Counted from the first letter of the stretch, positions 37,499-47,791 are shown. The stretch: DNA of 64,000 nt from Candidatus Lustribacter sp. (GCA_965277805.1 OZ255842.1:672001-736000); one strand, 5' to 3'. Notes: a model not told the origin generated them from the sequence alone. Program-made: numbers and translations.

Positions 37499-38814
37499 TA
37501 GCGCCGTCCGGCCATGGCGAGGTTCGGCTTATTGCCGTCGAAATACGCTTTCCACCAGTCGCCCGAAAGATCGGCATCCGCCGGCGCTTCGACCGAAAGC
37601 GTGGCCAGCTCCGCCAGCGGATCGGGTTCGGAGGGGCGGTGCACCATCCGCGGATCCCGCCCGGCGGCCTTGGCAGCAATTGCTTCCAGCAGCTGCTTGC
37701 GCATCATGATCACGGCGCGATCCGTATAGCCTAAGTGCTCTCGCGATCGATCCATAATGACCCCTTGCGCTTCGGTCGCACACTTGTCGTGAATGTAAAA
37801 ACTCGGGCCCAGGCCGGCGAAGCTCTTGGCTTTCATGTCGGCCCGGTTTTGCTTGAAGCGATTCTCCCGATTGAGGGGTAGAAAGTAGTCCGCCGTCACC
37901 TCGCGGAAATTCGTCATCATGAACTCGGCGTCGACGTCCCCGTCGAAGCGGTGGCAGACGACGTACTTCCAGTGGTTCGCGTCGTCGATCGGCACGTGCC
38001 AGTTCATCTGATAGCCGCAGTTTTCCGAAATCGGGTCGGTCCGCGGATTCGTTAACGGGCTGCCATGGATCGCGCACGTGTTCGGCATGATAAAATTGCT
38101 GATTCGCACCCAGCGCCGGCCGGGCGCGTTCTCGCGCGCCGTTGTGATGCGCAGCCCGTAGGGCGTCTCGATGACCTGGATTTCCGGCTGCGGATCGCCG
38201 GCGAAGATCTCGTTGAGGCCCCCGGAGATGTTTCTGATTTGCTGCGTGCCCTCGGGAAAGAAGCGGTGGAGATACGAGAGATGCTGCGGGTCGATGTTCC
38301 CTTCACTCGCCTGCAGGTAGTTGCACTCTTGATGCACCTTCATCGTAAACGTCTGCGTCGACGGCGCGGACAAGAAATGGAATGCGGGCAGTTCGGGCGG
38401 CTCGCCGCTGCCCATATACGCAAGAATCAGGCCGCCGGCTTCGTGACAGGGATAGGCCACCGTCCGGACTTTGTCTTTGAAGGCCGATCCCGGCGGTTCG
38501 CCCGGCTGATGGATACAACGTCCTCGGCCGTCTACGAGCCAACCGTGATAGATGCAGCGCAGGCCGCCGTCTTCGACGCGCCCGTACGCGAGATCGACCG
38601 AGCGGTGAGGACACCGCCGGTCGATGAGCTGCGGCTTCCCCGCCTGGTCGCGAAACATCACCAGCTCTTCGCCGAGGATCTCGACGGGAAGCGGCTCGTC
38701 GGCGTTCAACTCGCGCGATAGCGCGGCCGGTTGCCAATACGACCGCATCATTTCACCGCCCGGCGTCCCGGGGCCGGTGCGCGTAAGCAACTCGTTGTCC
38801 GAAGTTTTCAGCAT
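37498..38814 (-). CDS. Rieske oxygenase alpha subunit, phthalate 4,5-dioxygenase-like
   Basis: MLKTSDNELLTRTGPGTP, CPHR...CIYHGW and EGNIDPQHLSYLH. Confidence 0.92.
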   Translation of the reverse strand: MLKTSDNELLTRTGPGTPGGEMMRSYWQPAALSRELNADEPLPVEILGEELVMFRDQAGKPQLIDRRCPHRSVDLAYGRVEDGGLRCIYHGWLVDGRGRCIHQPGEPPGSAFKDKVRTVAYPCHEAGGLILAYMGSGEPPELPAFHFLSAPSTQTFTMKVHQECNYLQASEGNIDPQHLSYLHRFFPEGTQQIRNISGGLNEIFAGDPQPEIQVIETPYGLRITTARENAPGRRWVRISNFIMPNTCAIHGSPLTNPRTDPISENCGYQMNWHVPIDDANHWKYVVCHRFDGDVDAEFMMTNFREVTADYFLPLNRENRFKQNRADMKAKSFAGLGPSFYIHDKCATEAQGVIMDRSREHLGYTDRAVIMMRKQLLEAIAAKAAGRDPRMVHRPSEPDPLAELATLSVEAPADADLSGDWWKAYFDGNKPNLAMAGRR

Positions 38815-38920
38815 CGTAAATTTCCTGCAGTCCTCGAGTCGATATGATGACGTTGTCGCGCGCGGCTGGGATATCCTAGAACGCCCGGCGTAGATCGATC
38901 CGACCGTGTGAAGGAGAAGC

Positions 38921-39892
38921 ATGAACGAGCGGACGTTTCCCCGTTTGCGCCGGGCCCTTTTCTTGAGCAGTTGCGCGGCGTTCGCAGCCGCGCCGCGCCC
39001 GGCGCGAGCGCAATCCTTGACGAAGCTCAGCATCGGGTCCACCGCGTCGGGCGACGTCGTCGTGGCCTTGTGGGCCCAGCAGAGCGGGATCTTCCAGAAG
39101 TACGGCCTCGACGCCGACATCCAGCGCCTCAACAGCAGCTCGGCCGTCGTCGCCGCAGTGCTCGGCGGCTCGCTGGGCCTTGGCCGGGCGAGCCTGTTCT
39201 CGCTCGTGGTGGCGCGTGGGAAAGGCCTGCCGATCGCGCTCGAAGCTCCGTCGGCGTTGTACCGGGTGACGTCGCCCGACGCTGCGCTGGTCGTAGCGGC
39301 CGACTCGCCGATCCGCAACGCGCGCGATTTGAACGGCAAGCTGCTCGCGTCGGCATCGCTCGGCGATCTGTTCACGACCATGAACTCGGCCTGGATCGAT
39401 GCCAACGGCGGCGATTCGCACAGCGTCAAATATGTCGAGCTGCCCGGTTCGGCGACGGCCAATGCGATCGTCGCCGGCCGCGTCGATGCGGCGATGCTCG
39501 CCGATCCGGCGCTCAGCGAAGCCGTGCGCAGCGGCAAGTGCCGCGTCCTCGGCCATCCCGAAGACGTGCTCGGTAAGGTCTCGATGGCAACGGCATATTT
39601 CTGTTCGGCTGACTTTGCCGCAAAGGACCCCGCCTTGATGGCGCGCATCCGCAAAGCCCTGGATGAGTCAGCGGCCTATGCGATCGCCCACCCGGCCGAG
39701 ATGATCCCGGTCATCGCCAAATTCAGCGGCGTCGATCCGAAACTCGTCGTACCGGCGCAGCTCGGACGAGCGTCTGACCTGGTGGATGCGCGTTTGACGC
39801 AACCGACGATCGACGTGTGCGCGAAGTACAATACGATCCCGAAAGGTTTCCCGGTGCGCGAGATGATCGACCCGAGCGTGTTCGGGCCGTAG
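38921..39892 (+). CDS. ABC substrate-binding protein, NMT1/SsuA class
   Basis: AAGGAG-ATG start, LRRALFL signal, GIFQKYGLD and GRVDA. Confidence 0.88.
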   Translation: MNERTFPRLRRALFLSSCAAFAAAPRPARAQSLTKLSIGSTASGDVVVALWAQQSGIFQKYGLDADIQRLNSSSAVVAAVLGGSLGLGRASLFSLVVARGKGLPIALEAPSALYRVTSPDAALVVAADSPIRNARDLNGKLLASASLGDLFTTMNSAWIDANGGDSHSVKYVELPGSATANAIVAGRVDAAMLADPALSEAVRSGKCRVLGHPEDVLGKVSMATAYFCSADFAAKDPALMARIRKALDESAAYAIAHPAEMIPVIAKFSGVDPKLVVPAQLGRASDLVDARLTQPTIDVCAKYNTIPKGFPVREMIDPSVFGP

Positions 39893-39897
39893 ACCCT

Positions 39898-40944
39898 CTA
39901 CGAAAACTCAGGCGCGATCTGCTCTGCGAACCGGTGCATCTGCTCTTTGACCATCCCGTCCGGTTTGCAGCCGTAGTTGAAGTAGAGAATCACTTCGCCG
40001 ATGCCGCTCGCTTCGACGCGCTTGAGGTCCTCGGTAATCGAGTCGGCAGAGCCGATCAAAATCGACTTGGCATTCAAACCTTCCGGCGTCGCTTTCTTTA
40101 GGCGGTCAACCATGTCGATAAAATACCGCAAACTCGGCGGTACGGTCGCCGGGTCGCTCGGCAGCGACGGCAAGACCGCCGTAAAATAGTCGATCATCGC
40201 TTTCCGGCCGTACGCCTCTTCGGCGGCGTTGTCGGCGATGTGAATGAAATAGCTGCAACTCGTGCGCTGCGGCGCTCGATCGTACTTCGCGCACTCCTCG
40301 CGGTAGCGTTCGATCGCGCCGGCCAAGCTGCCGTAGACCATCGCAGCTGCGAAAGGCGCATAGATGATGTTCCAATCCTTACGCGCCGCCATTTGCATCG
40401 ATGGTGGCGAGAAGCTTGCGATGAAGGGCCGCATCGGCTGCTGCATCGGTTTTGGACGAACATCCAAGTTATCGAAGCTATAGTAGCGGCCGTGATGCGA
40501 AATCGGCCCGGTTTCCGTCCAGGCCCGCCACAACACGTCCATGCCCTCTTCAAAGATGTCCGCCGAATCGCCAAAAGATATACCGAACGGAACGTACTCC
40601 TTCTGGTCGTAACCGCGACCGGCCGCGAAATCGACCCGGCCCCCCGAAAGGAGGTCGAGCGTCGCCCATTCTTCGGCGACGTCGAGCGGATGATGGACGG
40701 GCAGCAATACGACTGCCGGAGCAAGGCGAATGCGCTTCGTCGCACCGGCCAATTGCGCGAGGATCATGTGCGGCGCCGCATTCACGCCCAGCAGGTTGAA
40801 GTGATGCTCGCCGATCCACGCCGAATGGTAACCCAGATCTTCGGCTAGGAGCGCCTGATCGTAGATCTCACGGATGAACGCTTCAGGTGTCCGCGCGTTG
40901 TTCGGATACCGGTTGTCGCTCAGCGTGAAGTAGCCGAAATTCAT
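39898..40944 (-). CDS. Luciferase-like (LLM) flavin-dependent monooxygenase
   Basis: WIGEHHF, HHPLDVAEEWATLDLLSGGR, GRGY and PKPMQQP. Confidence 0.92.
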   Translation of the reverse strand: MNFGYFTLSDNRYPNNARTPEAFIREIYDQALLAEDLGYHSAWIGEHHFNLLGVNAAPHMILAQLAGATKRIRLAPAVVLLPVHHPLDVAEEWATLDLLSGGRVDFAAGRGYDQKEYVPFGISFGDSADIFEEGMDVLWRAWTETGPISHHGRYYSFDNLDVRPKPMQQPMRPFIASFSPPSMQMAARKDWNIIYAPFAAAMVYGSLAGAIERYREECAKYDRAPQRTSCSYFIHIADNAAEEAYGRKAMIDYFTAVLPSLPSDPATVPPSLRYFIDMVDRLKKATPEGLNAKSILIGSADSITEDLKRVEASGIGEVILYFNYGCKPDGMVKEQMHRFAEQIAPEFS

Positions 40945-40950
40945 TCGGTT

Positions 40951-42135
40951 CTAGCGGCGCTCCGCTGCAATCGGGATCGCTCCGGGCCGGCTAACCGGGA
41001 TGCCGCTGCCGTGGGCGGGATCCCATCGCACGATGACTTGAGACTCCGCGGTCAATCCATGCTGATCGCCCGAGCTGAAATCGTAGCGTCCGTTGATTCC
41101 GACGAAGTTGCGGATGGCCAACAGGTAGTCGCGCACTTGGCTAGCGGATGCGTTCGGGCCGAGCTTGCGCAACGCGGCGATCGCCATCATCCCGGGATCC
41201 CAAACGTAAGGTGCGGCGCCGGGCGACGGGGTGATACCGGCCGCCCGGAAGAGGTCGAGGAACAACTTGATTGCCGCTTTGTGCGGCGGTGATTCGATCA
41301 GGTCCGGGACCAGAAACGGATAGCCCGGTAAGAACAGGTCATGCGGCATGAACGACGTGTACTGTGCCAACTGCACGGGGCTGTAATTGCCCCCGGTCGT
41401 CATCACCGGCAGCGTCACGTTCGCATCGTTGAGCGAACGCAGCACGGTGCCGAACGGCGTGCCCACGCACCACACGACGACGACGTCCGCATCGGAGTTC
41501 TTGATCTTCGCCGCCTGTGCCGCGATGCTCACGTCGGTCGGCGCAAAGTGCTCGCGGTCCACCACCCGGACTGCGCTGTTTTCCGGCTGGGCGATTGCGG
41601 CGTCGGCAGCCTTCTCGTTGACCGCACCGGAGGCGTCGTTCGAGACGACGAACGCAAAGCGCCGGAAGCCGCGCAGGCGCAAGTATTTGAGCATCGATCC
41701 GTCGGCGACGACAGCCGGCATGCTCGCGGCGAACACGTAAGAGTTCGCTGGCGGTGCGATCGGCGGGGAGAGGCAGTACTCGACCGGTCCGTGGTCGAGC
41801 GCGATTGCGGCAACGGCCTGGCAGGGTCCCGTGACGGCCGGTCCCAGCATCAGCGGTGCGTTCGTCGCTGCGATCTGATTGGCCAGCTGCACGGCAACCT
41901 GCGGGCTCGAGGTATCGTCGTGAAAAACGAACTGCAGCGGCCGCCCGCCGATGCCGCCGGTCTTATTCGTATAAGCTTCGAGCACGTGCAGCGCGTCGAC
42001 CTGATCCTTGCCGGTGAAGCTCGTGCTCCCGGTGAGCGAGAGGATCACGTCGATCTTCACCGGCGCGGGCTGCGCGGAGCCCGGAGCAACGAGTGCCGCC
42101 GCGATGAGCAGCACCGCAATAGTCCGCGCGATCAT
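40951..42135 (-). CDS. ABC substrate-binding protein, LivJ class
   Basis: Signal peptide MIARTIAVLL, NKTGGIGGR and YDFSSGDQHGL. Confidence 0.88.
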   Translation of the reverse strand: MIARTIAVLLIAAALVAPGSAQPAPVKIDVILSLTGSTSFTGKDQVDALHVLEAYTNKTGGIGGRPLQFVFHDDTSSPQVAVQLANQIAATNAPLMLGPAVTGPCQAVAAIALDHGPVEYCLSPPIAPPANSYVFAASMPAVVADGSMLKYLRLRGFRRFAFVVSNDASGAVNEKAADAAIAQPENSAVRVVDREHFAPTDVSIAAQAAKIKNSDADVVVVWCVGTPFGTVLRSLNDANVTLPVMTTGGNYSPVQLAQYTSFMPHDLFLPGYPFLVPDLIESPPHKAAIKLFLDLFRAAGITPSPGAAPYVWDPGMMAIAALRKLGPNASASQVRDYLLAIRNFVGINGRYDFSSGDQHGLTAESQVIVRWDPAHGSGIPVSRPGAIPIAAERR

Positions 42136-43355
42136 GCGAATTGTCTGCGGGTCGGGACCTGGCGTTTCATGACGATCTGTTCTCCAGTGCGGGACGATTC
42201 GAGGATGCCGAAGCAGACTTCCAGCGTCGCGAGCCCCCACGCGCCGTCGTGCAGCGGTTGCTCGTTCGAGACGAAGGCCCGGTGCATTTCGGCCAGCTCG
42301 GCGATCCGTCCGCCCACGGTTTGCTCGACCGGAACCTCGTAGCGCCCCTCGGGACCATACACGTAGAGGCCGGCCGGTGATTGGCGCATGGTCGCGTTCT
42401 CGCAGCTGACGACAACGAGACCGAAAAACTTTTGCATCGTCTTGCCGGCCGCCTCGCCTCCGTGGCGCGGCTCGTACTGTGCCGCACCGTAGCGGCCCTG
42501 TTCTTTTTGCGATTCGAGCAGCGTGTCGCGCGCGTCCGGCGCGGCGCCGGTGAGCGCCATGAACGCCTGCCGGCGGCGGGCATTGGTCAACGGGTCGCGG
42601 TATTCGCCGCCTTCGCTGCGCCACTCGAAGAACTCGGCGGTGTCGAGCAAACTGCGGCCGTCGTAGACGAGCGTCGCCGGCACGCCGGTCTCGAACTCGA
42701 AATGACATACGTAGCCGCCCTCAACACCGGTGAGGCCGTCGGGAAAAGTGGTGCCGCGCACCGTGCGCACCTTGCCGCCCGCGATTTGGCGGATGATGTC
42801 GACGTGGTGCGGACCTTGGTTCAGTACCGGACCGTGGGTGTCGATCAGTTCCGAGCGCAGCCGCGGGCGATGGTTGAACTCGTTGAAGTTCCAGCAATTG
42901 ATCGCGCGCAGCGCCCCGAACTCGCCGGACTCGACCAGCGCTTGCATCTTTTGAATCGGGGCATCGAAACTGTGGGTGTGGCCGGCGAGCAATTTGATGC
43001 CGGTTTCCTCGGCAATGGCGACCATGCGCGCGGCTTCGTCGAGGTCGAGCGTCAACGGCTTCTCGACGATCGCATGTTTGCCGTTGCGGGCCGCATGCGT
43101 CGCGTGTTCGAGGTGAAAGGCCGGCGGCGTGGCGATGTAGACGACGTCGACGTTCGCGTCGCGGACCAGCTCGGCGGCATCGGCATAGACGTTGCAATCG
43201 AATTCGCCGGCAAACGCGTCGCGCGCGTGGGCGCGCGGATCGGCGCCCGCAACCACGCGCCAACGCGGATCCTGCGCTTTGCGGATGTCCTCGAGAATGA
43301 GCGCGCCGGCCTGTCCCAGCCCGATCAGGCCGAGTCGCATTTGCTGTTGCTGCAT
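42132..43355 (-). CDS. Gfo/Idh/MocA oxidoreductase, phthalate cis-4,5-dihydrodiol dehydrogenase (OphB/Pht4)-like
   Basis: GLIGLG, ADPR, EKP, GHTHSFD, RPR...NQGPHHVD and HDGAWGLATLE. Confidence 0.85.
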   Translation of the reverse strand: MQQQQMRLGLIGLGQAGALILEDIRKAQDPRWRVVAGADPRAHARDAFAGEFDCNVYADAAELVRDANVDVVYIATPPAFHLEHATHAARNGKHAIVEKPLTLDLDEAARMVAIAEETGIKLLAGHTHSFDAPIQKMQALVESGEFGALRAINCWNFNEFNHRPRLRSELIDTHGPVLNQGPHHVDIIRQIAGGKVRTVRGTTFPDGLTGVEGGYVCHFEFETGVPATLVYDGRSLLDTAEFFEWRSEGGEYRDPLTNARRRQAFMALTGAAPDARDTLLESQKEQGRYGAAQYEPRHGGEAAGKTMQKFFGLVVVSCENATMRQSPAGLYVYGPEGRYEVPVEQTVGGRIAELAEMHRAFVSNEQPLHDGAWGLATLEVCFGILESSRTGEQIVMKRQVPTRRQFA

Positions 43356-43360
43356 GCGCC

Positions 43361-44524
43361 TTACGGTTTCGCCGTGCCGCCGAGACCGCTAACGGCATCA
43401 AAGCCGTCCTCGGCCGCGTTGAAATGCAGCATCACGACACCGTTCGGACCCAGACCCTGGCCGGGATGCGCCGCGAAGTCGTAGACACCGTTGATCCCGT
43501 TGAAGTGGCTGTTCACGATGTAATTGCGCAGCTGCTCGGCGGTCGCGTTCGTACCGAGCTTGCGGAACGCACTGACAACCATCATAATCTGATCGTAACC
43601 GTACCCGCTGCTGATGTCAGGGTGCATGCCTGCGGCGACAAACGCCGCTTTGAAATCTTCGGCGGCGCGGCGCGTCGGACCGGAAGGGAGCGAACGCGGA
43701 TCGAGCGCTGGTGCGCCCGGAAACGAGCAATCGCTGGGCATCAGCGTCGCATAGGCTTTCATCTCGCCGTAGCTGAGGTTACCCGAGCCGCCGACGAACG
43801 GCATCTTCAAGCCGGCGTCGTTGTAGCCGTGCAGGATCGTTCCGAGACTGTTGCCGGTCGTCCAACCGACGAGCGCCTGTGCTCCGGACGCCGTGATCTG
43901 TGAGATCTGCGCCGAGACGCTCACGTCCGCCACGCCGAAGTGCTGGTGGCTGACGATCGTGACCCCGCGGAAGTCGGGTTGCGCGAGCACGGAATCGATG
44001 ATGCGGTCGGCGTCGGTGCCGGTCGCGTCGTTTGAGGTGAGGATCGCGATGCGTCTCAAGCCGCGGTTACGCAGATAGCGTAAGCCCACGGTGATCTGAT
44101 CGACCGTCGAAACCGGACCGGAAAACGAGAGCGATCCTTCGGCCGGATGGTAGCCGGTCGAGAAACAGTACATCAGCAGATCTTTCGAGACCGGAAACAT
44201 CGCGTTGCAGACCGCGACGAGCGCCGAGCCGAACACGAACGGCACGTGCTTTGCGGTCAACGCCGTCATGAGCTGCACGCCGACTTGCGGGCTCGACGCA
44301 TCGTCTTGCACGTCGAAGTGCACCGGTTGCCCGCTGATGCCGCCGCCGCGATTGACGATCGCCTCCATCACGCCCAGCGTCTGCGCTTCGGCTTTGCCGA
44401 GGAATGCGCCCGAACCGGATAGCGGGAACACCGCCTCGATTACGAACGGATCGGCCGCGCGCGCCGGCGCCGATCCCGCCAGTATGGCGGCAACGAATAT
44501 CCAAACGAGCCATGATTTCATCAT
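43361..44524 (-). CDS. ABC substrate-binding protein, LivJ class
   Basis: Signal peptide, GSGAFLG, NRGGGISG and DDASSP. Confidence 0.88.
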   Translation of the reverse strand: MMKSWLVWIFVAAILAGSAPARAADPFVIEAVFPLSGSGAFLGKAEAQTLGVMEAIVNRGGGISGQPVHFDVQDDASSPQVGVQLMTALTAKHVPFVFGSALVAVCNAMFPVSKDLLMYCFSTGYHPAEGSLSFSGPVSTVDQITVGLRYLRNRGLRRIAILTSNDATGTDADRIIDSVLAQPDFRGVTIVSHQHFGVADVSVSAQISQITASGAQALVGWTTGNSLGTILHGYNDAGLKMPFVGGSGNLSYGEMKAYATLMPSDCSFPGAPALDPRSLPSGPTRRAAEDFKAAFVAAGMHPDISSGYGYDQIMMVVSAFRKLGTNATAEQLRNYIVNSHFNGINGVYDFAAHPGQGLGPNGVVMLHFNAAEDGFDAVSGLGGTAKP

Positions 44525-44543
44525 GTCACCTCTTGGCGGCCGC

Positions 44544-44601
44544 TTCGTCACGCGCCGAGACGCCCCCGCCGGACGCAGGCAAGGTATTCGCGGCGGCGTA
44601 A
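44544..44601. promoter_or_regulatory. Back-to-back RGG-N18-GWA promoter-like motifs
   Basis: Plus strand AGG(44577)-N18-GTAA and minus strand GGG(44567)-N18-GAA, each just upstream of a divergent start. Confidence 0.4.
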
Positions 44602-44610
44602 GCGACCTGC

Positions 44611-45561
44611 ATGCAGCTAATTGCGCGCCGTACGCTCCTCGCTCAGCTTGCCGCCGCCGGTGCGGTTGCGGTGGCGCCGCGCGCGCGGGCGGCGGATCTG
44701 CAAACGGTGCGCGTCGCCTCAGCCCTCTCGGACGACATCGCGCCGGTGCTCTACGGAATCTCGAGCGGCATCTTCACGCGGCTCGGCCTCGACATTCAGC
44801 TCCAAGCCGCGAACAGCGGGGCGGCAGCCGCCGCAGCCGTGCTCGGCGGTTCGCTCGAGATCGCGAAGTCGGGCACGATGGCGATCGTGACCGGTCACGT
44901 GCGCGGCGTGCCGTTGACGGCGATTTGGCCCGCGGCGATCTCGACCGCGGCCGCGCCGATGTGCGGGCTCGTCGTGCGCAAGTCGGCCGGCATCACGACC
45001 GCCAAGGATTGCAACGGGAAAACGTTCACCGGCGCGTCGCTCCAAGACCTCAACCAACTCGCGGCGATGGCATGGGTCGACGCCAACGGCGGCGACTCCA
45101 AAACGATGAAGTTCGCCGAGATCACGTCATCGGCCACGATTCCCGCGCTCGAGGCCGGCCGCATCGACGGCGCGACGGTGCTCAATCCGATCTTGCAAGT
45201 GGCGATGCGGACGCCGAGCGTGAAGTTGCTGGCCAACCCGTTCGACACGATCTCGAAGCACTTCTGTTCGAGCACGTGGTTTACGACCACCGACTACGCC
45301 GCGAAGAATCCCGACGTCGTGCGCCGGTTCGTGACGGGCCTGCAAGAAGCGACGCGCTACGAATACGCGCACCAGTCGCAGATGGCGCACTATCTGGCGC
45401 CGTTTCTGCACGTCGACGAAGCGTCGCTGGCCGCGTTCCCACGCACGACCGACGGCCTCACCCTCGACCCGAACGACTACCAGCCCGTCATCGACATCGC
45501 CGTCCGCTACGCCCTAATCCCCAAGTCGTTCAACGCAAGCGAGATGCTAACCGCATCGTAA
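44611..45561 (+). CDS. ABC substrate-binding protein, NMT1/SsuA class, Tat-type signal
   Basis: ARRTLL, GIFTRLGLDI and NGGDSK. Confidence 0.88.
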   Translation: MQLIARRTLLAQLAAAGAVAVAPRARAADLQTVRVASALSDDIAPVLYGISSGIFTRLGLDIQLQAANSGAAAAAAVLGGSLEIAKSGTMAIVTGHVRGVPLTAIWPAAISTAAAPMCGLVVRKSAGITTAKDCNGKTFTGASLQDLNQLAAMAWVDANGGDSKTMKFAEITSSATIPALEAGRIDGATVLNPILQVAMRTPSVKLLANPFDTISKHFCSSTWFTTTDYAAKNPDVVRRFVTGLQEATRYEYAHQSQMAHYLAPFLHVDEASLAAFPRTTDGLTLDPNDYQPVIDIAVRYALIPKSFNASEMLTAS

Positions 45562-45617
45562 CCTGCGCTGGGGCATTGCTTGCGGCAGCGTCGCCCACAG
45601 CAGCTGTCCTTCCGAGG

Positions 45618-46886
45618 CTACGGCGTGACTAGCTCTACTCCGCCGCGCCAGAAGCCTTGCACCGGGTCGCCGGGTGCGATGATCGCCGAGCGCGTGATCA
45701 GCTCGTCGAACGGGTTCGCGCCGTCCTTGCGAAGGATCAGCGGATCGCGCCCCTCTTGCACGTCTTGGATGCCTTGGAAGATGATCTTGCGCTGTTCGAT
45801 CATCGGCTTATCCGCAACGCCGAGGTGTTCGAGGCTGCGATCGTAGATCGGTCCTTGCGATTCCACCGCCATGCGGTCCTGATCTTGGAAGCTGTTGCCG
45901 ACGCCCGAATACGTGCGCGTCTTCATTTCTTGGCGGTCCTGTAAGTAACGGTTTTCGGCCGTACGCACCGGGCGCAGTTGATTGTCGACTTCGAATGCTT
46001 GAATGGAGTCTTGGTATTCGTGGTCGATCGGGCCGACCGCGCTGTAATGGATCACGTACTTCCAGTGATGTTCGTCGTCGATCGGCACGTGCCAGTGCAG
46101 CGAGTAGCCGTCATCGTCGTTGGGGCGACGTTCGCGCGGGTTGAAGATCGGAGCGCCGACGAACGCTTGCATGTTCGGCATGATGAAGTTCGTGAGCCGC
46201 ACGTACTTCGAGCCGTCTTTGAGCGTGCGCACCGAATAGGCGCGCAAGCCGAACGGGGTTTCCTCGCACATCGTCTCGGGCGAAGAGTCTTGCGAATTGT
46301 ACTGATTGCTCGGGCCGTTGACGAGTTTCGAATCGAACAGCAGGTGCAAGAACGAGAGATGCGAGGGATCGATGTCGTTCGCTTGCACGAAATTGCACTC
46401 GTGGTAGCGCTTGGTTACGCTCGAGTTCGCGGCGTCGGCCAGCAAGAACGGGATCTTCGGAATCGGCGGCGCTTCGCCCGTCCCCATGTAGGCGAGCACG
46501 AGTCCGCCGGCTTCAACGCACGGATAGCCTTTGTGCCGGATGCGGTCCTTGAACGTACTGGCCGCGGGCTCGTTCGGCTGTTCGAGGCACTGACCGGTCT
46601 TCGAGAAGAGCCAGCCGTGATAGAGGCAGCGCAGGCCGCCGGGTTCGAGCCGTCCGTAGCTCAGGTCCATCCCGCGATGCGGGCAACGGCGTTCGATCAA
46701 CGCCGGCTTCCCGTCGGCGTCGCGGAAGAGCACGAGATTTTCGCTCATCACGCGCACGGGCATCGGCGTATCGATGTCGAGTTCCGCCGAGAGCGCCACC
46801 GGCTGCCAGTAGCGGCGCATGAAATCGCCGCAGGCGGTGCCGGGGCTCGTTTCCGTGAGCAATTTGTTTTGAGCAACAGTGAGCAT
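45618..46886 (-). CDS. Rieske oxygenase alpha subunit, phthalate 4,5-dioxygenase-like (2-aa deletion in the Fe-site motif)
   Basis: AGGAG-ATG start, MRRYWQP, CPHRG...CLYHGW and QANDIDPSHLSFLH. Confidence 0.88.
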   Translation of the reverse strand: MLTVAQNKLLTETSPGTACGDFMRRYWQPVALSAELDIDTPMPVRVMSENLVLFRDADGKPALIERRCPHRGMDLSYGRLEPGGLRCLYHGWLFSKTGQCLEQPNEPAASTFKDRIRHKGYPCVEAGGLVLAYMGTGEAPPIPKIPFLLADAANSSVTKRYHECNFVQANDIDPSHLSFLHLLFDSKLVNGPSNQYNSQDSSPETMCEETPFGLRAYSVRTLKDGSKYVRLTNFIMPNMQAFVGAPIFNPRERRPNDDDGYSLHWHVPIDDEHHWKYVIHYSAVGPIDHEYQDSIQAFEVDNQLRPVRTAENRYLQDRQEMKTRTYSGVGNSFQDQDRMAVESQGPIYDRSLEHLGVADKPMIEQRKIIFQGIQDVQEGRDPLILRKDGANPFDELITRSAIIAPGDPVQGFWRGGVELVTP

Positions 46887-46935
46887 CGAATCTCCTAACG
46901 ACCGAGCCGGAGGGTACCGCAATATTCGAACCCGT

Positions 46936-47773
46936 ATGGGCAAACTCATGTACCCTCTCGGCCGGGCCCGGTGGCTAGCCGGCATGGCCGTCGCCGCGAC
47001 GGCCGGCATGCTGCCGCGCAGCGCATATGCCGACGACGCCGGCGCGCCCGTCGCCGTGCATTTTGCTTCGGCCGCCGACGACGACGTGACGCCGGTGCTC
47101 TACGCCGATCAAGCCGGCTGGTTTCGCGACGCGGGCTTGGCCGTCCATATCGATCGGCTCAACAGCGGCACCGCGGTCTCGGCGGCCGTGGCCGGCGGTG
47201 CGATCGACGTGGGCAAAGCGAGTATGCTCAGCCTCGTGCTCGCGCACGCGCGCGCCGTCCCGTTGACGATCATCGCGCCGGGCAGTCTCTCGCTGCCCAA
47301 CATCATGAACAGCGGATTGATCGTGCGTAAAGAATCGCCGATTCATACGGCCGCCGACTTGAGCGGAAAGATCGTTTCGGTTCCGGCGCTCAGTCAGGAT
47401 CGCCACCGGCAAGTACCGGATGATCGGGCGGCCGATCGAAGGCATCGCGCCGCGTTTGATGATCTCGGCCTGGGTGAGCAACGGTGACTGGGCTGCCAAG
47501 AACGCGGCCGTCGTGCGCAAGGTCGGCCAGATCCTGATGCGCGCCGGCGCCTTCGCCAACGGTCACCACGATCAAACCGCCGATCTCGTCGCAGCGTTTT
47601 CCGGCATCGAGCCGGCGACGGTGCGCACGATGGCGCGAGCGGTGTTCGCCGATAAGCTCGATCCGGCGGACATTCAGCCGCTGATCAACGTCGCGGTCCG
47701 GTACGGCGCGATCAAGCAACGCTTCCCGGCAACGGAATTGTTCAACTCCGGCGCATACGGGCTTTCACGCTAG
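46936..47773 (+). pseudogene. NMT1/SsuA-class substrate-binding protein with an internal deletion and a frameshift
   Basis: The N-half runs to GKIVSVPAL and the C-half IATGKYRMIGRP is in another frame. About 50 codons present in paralogues are missing at ~47395. Confidence 0.75.
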
Positions 47774-47791
47774 TCAGAGGGAGACCGCACT

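Noticed and set aside
37498-39654. 718-aa ORF, apparent fusion
   Set aside because: The N-terminal part is the antisense shadow of the SBP at 38921-39892. The oxygenase starts at 38814.
45562-45617. Possible terminator hairpin between convergent genes
   Set aside because: The stem is short and imperfect with no U-tract.
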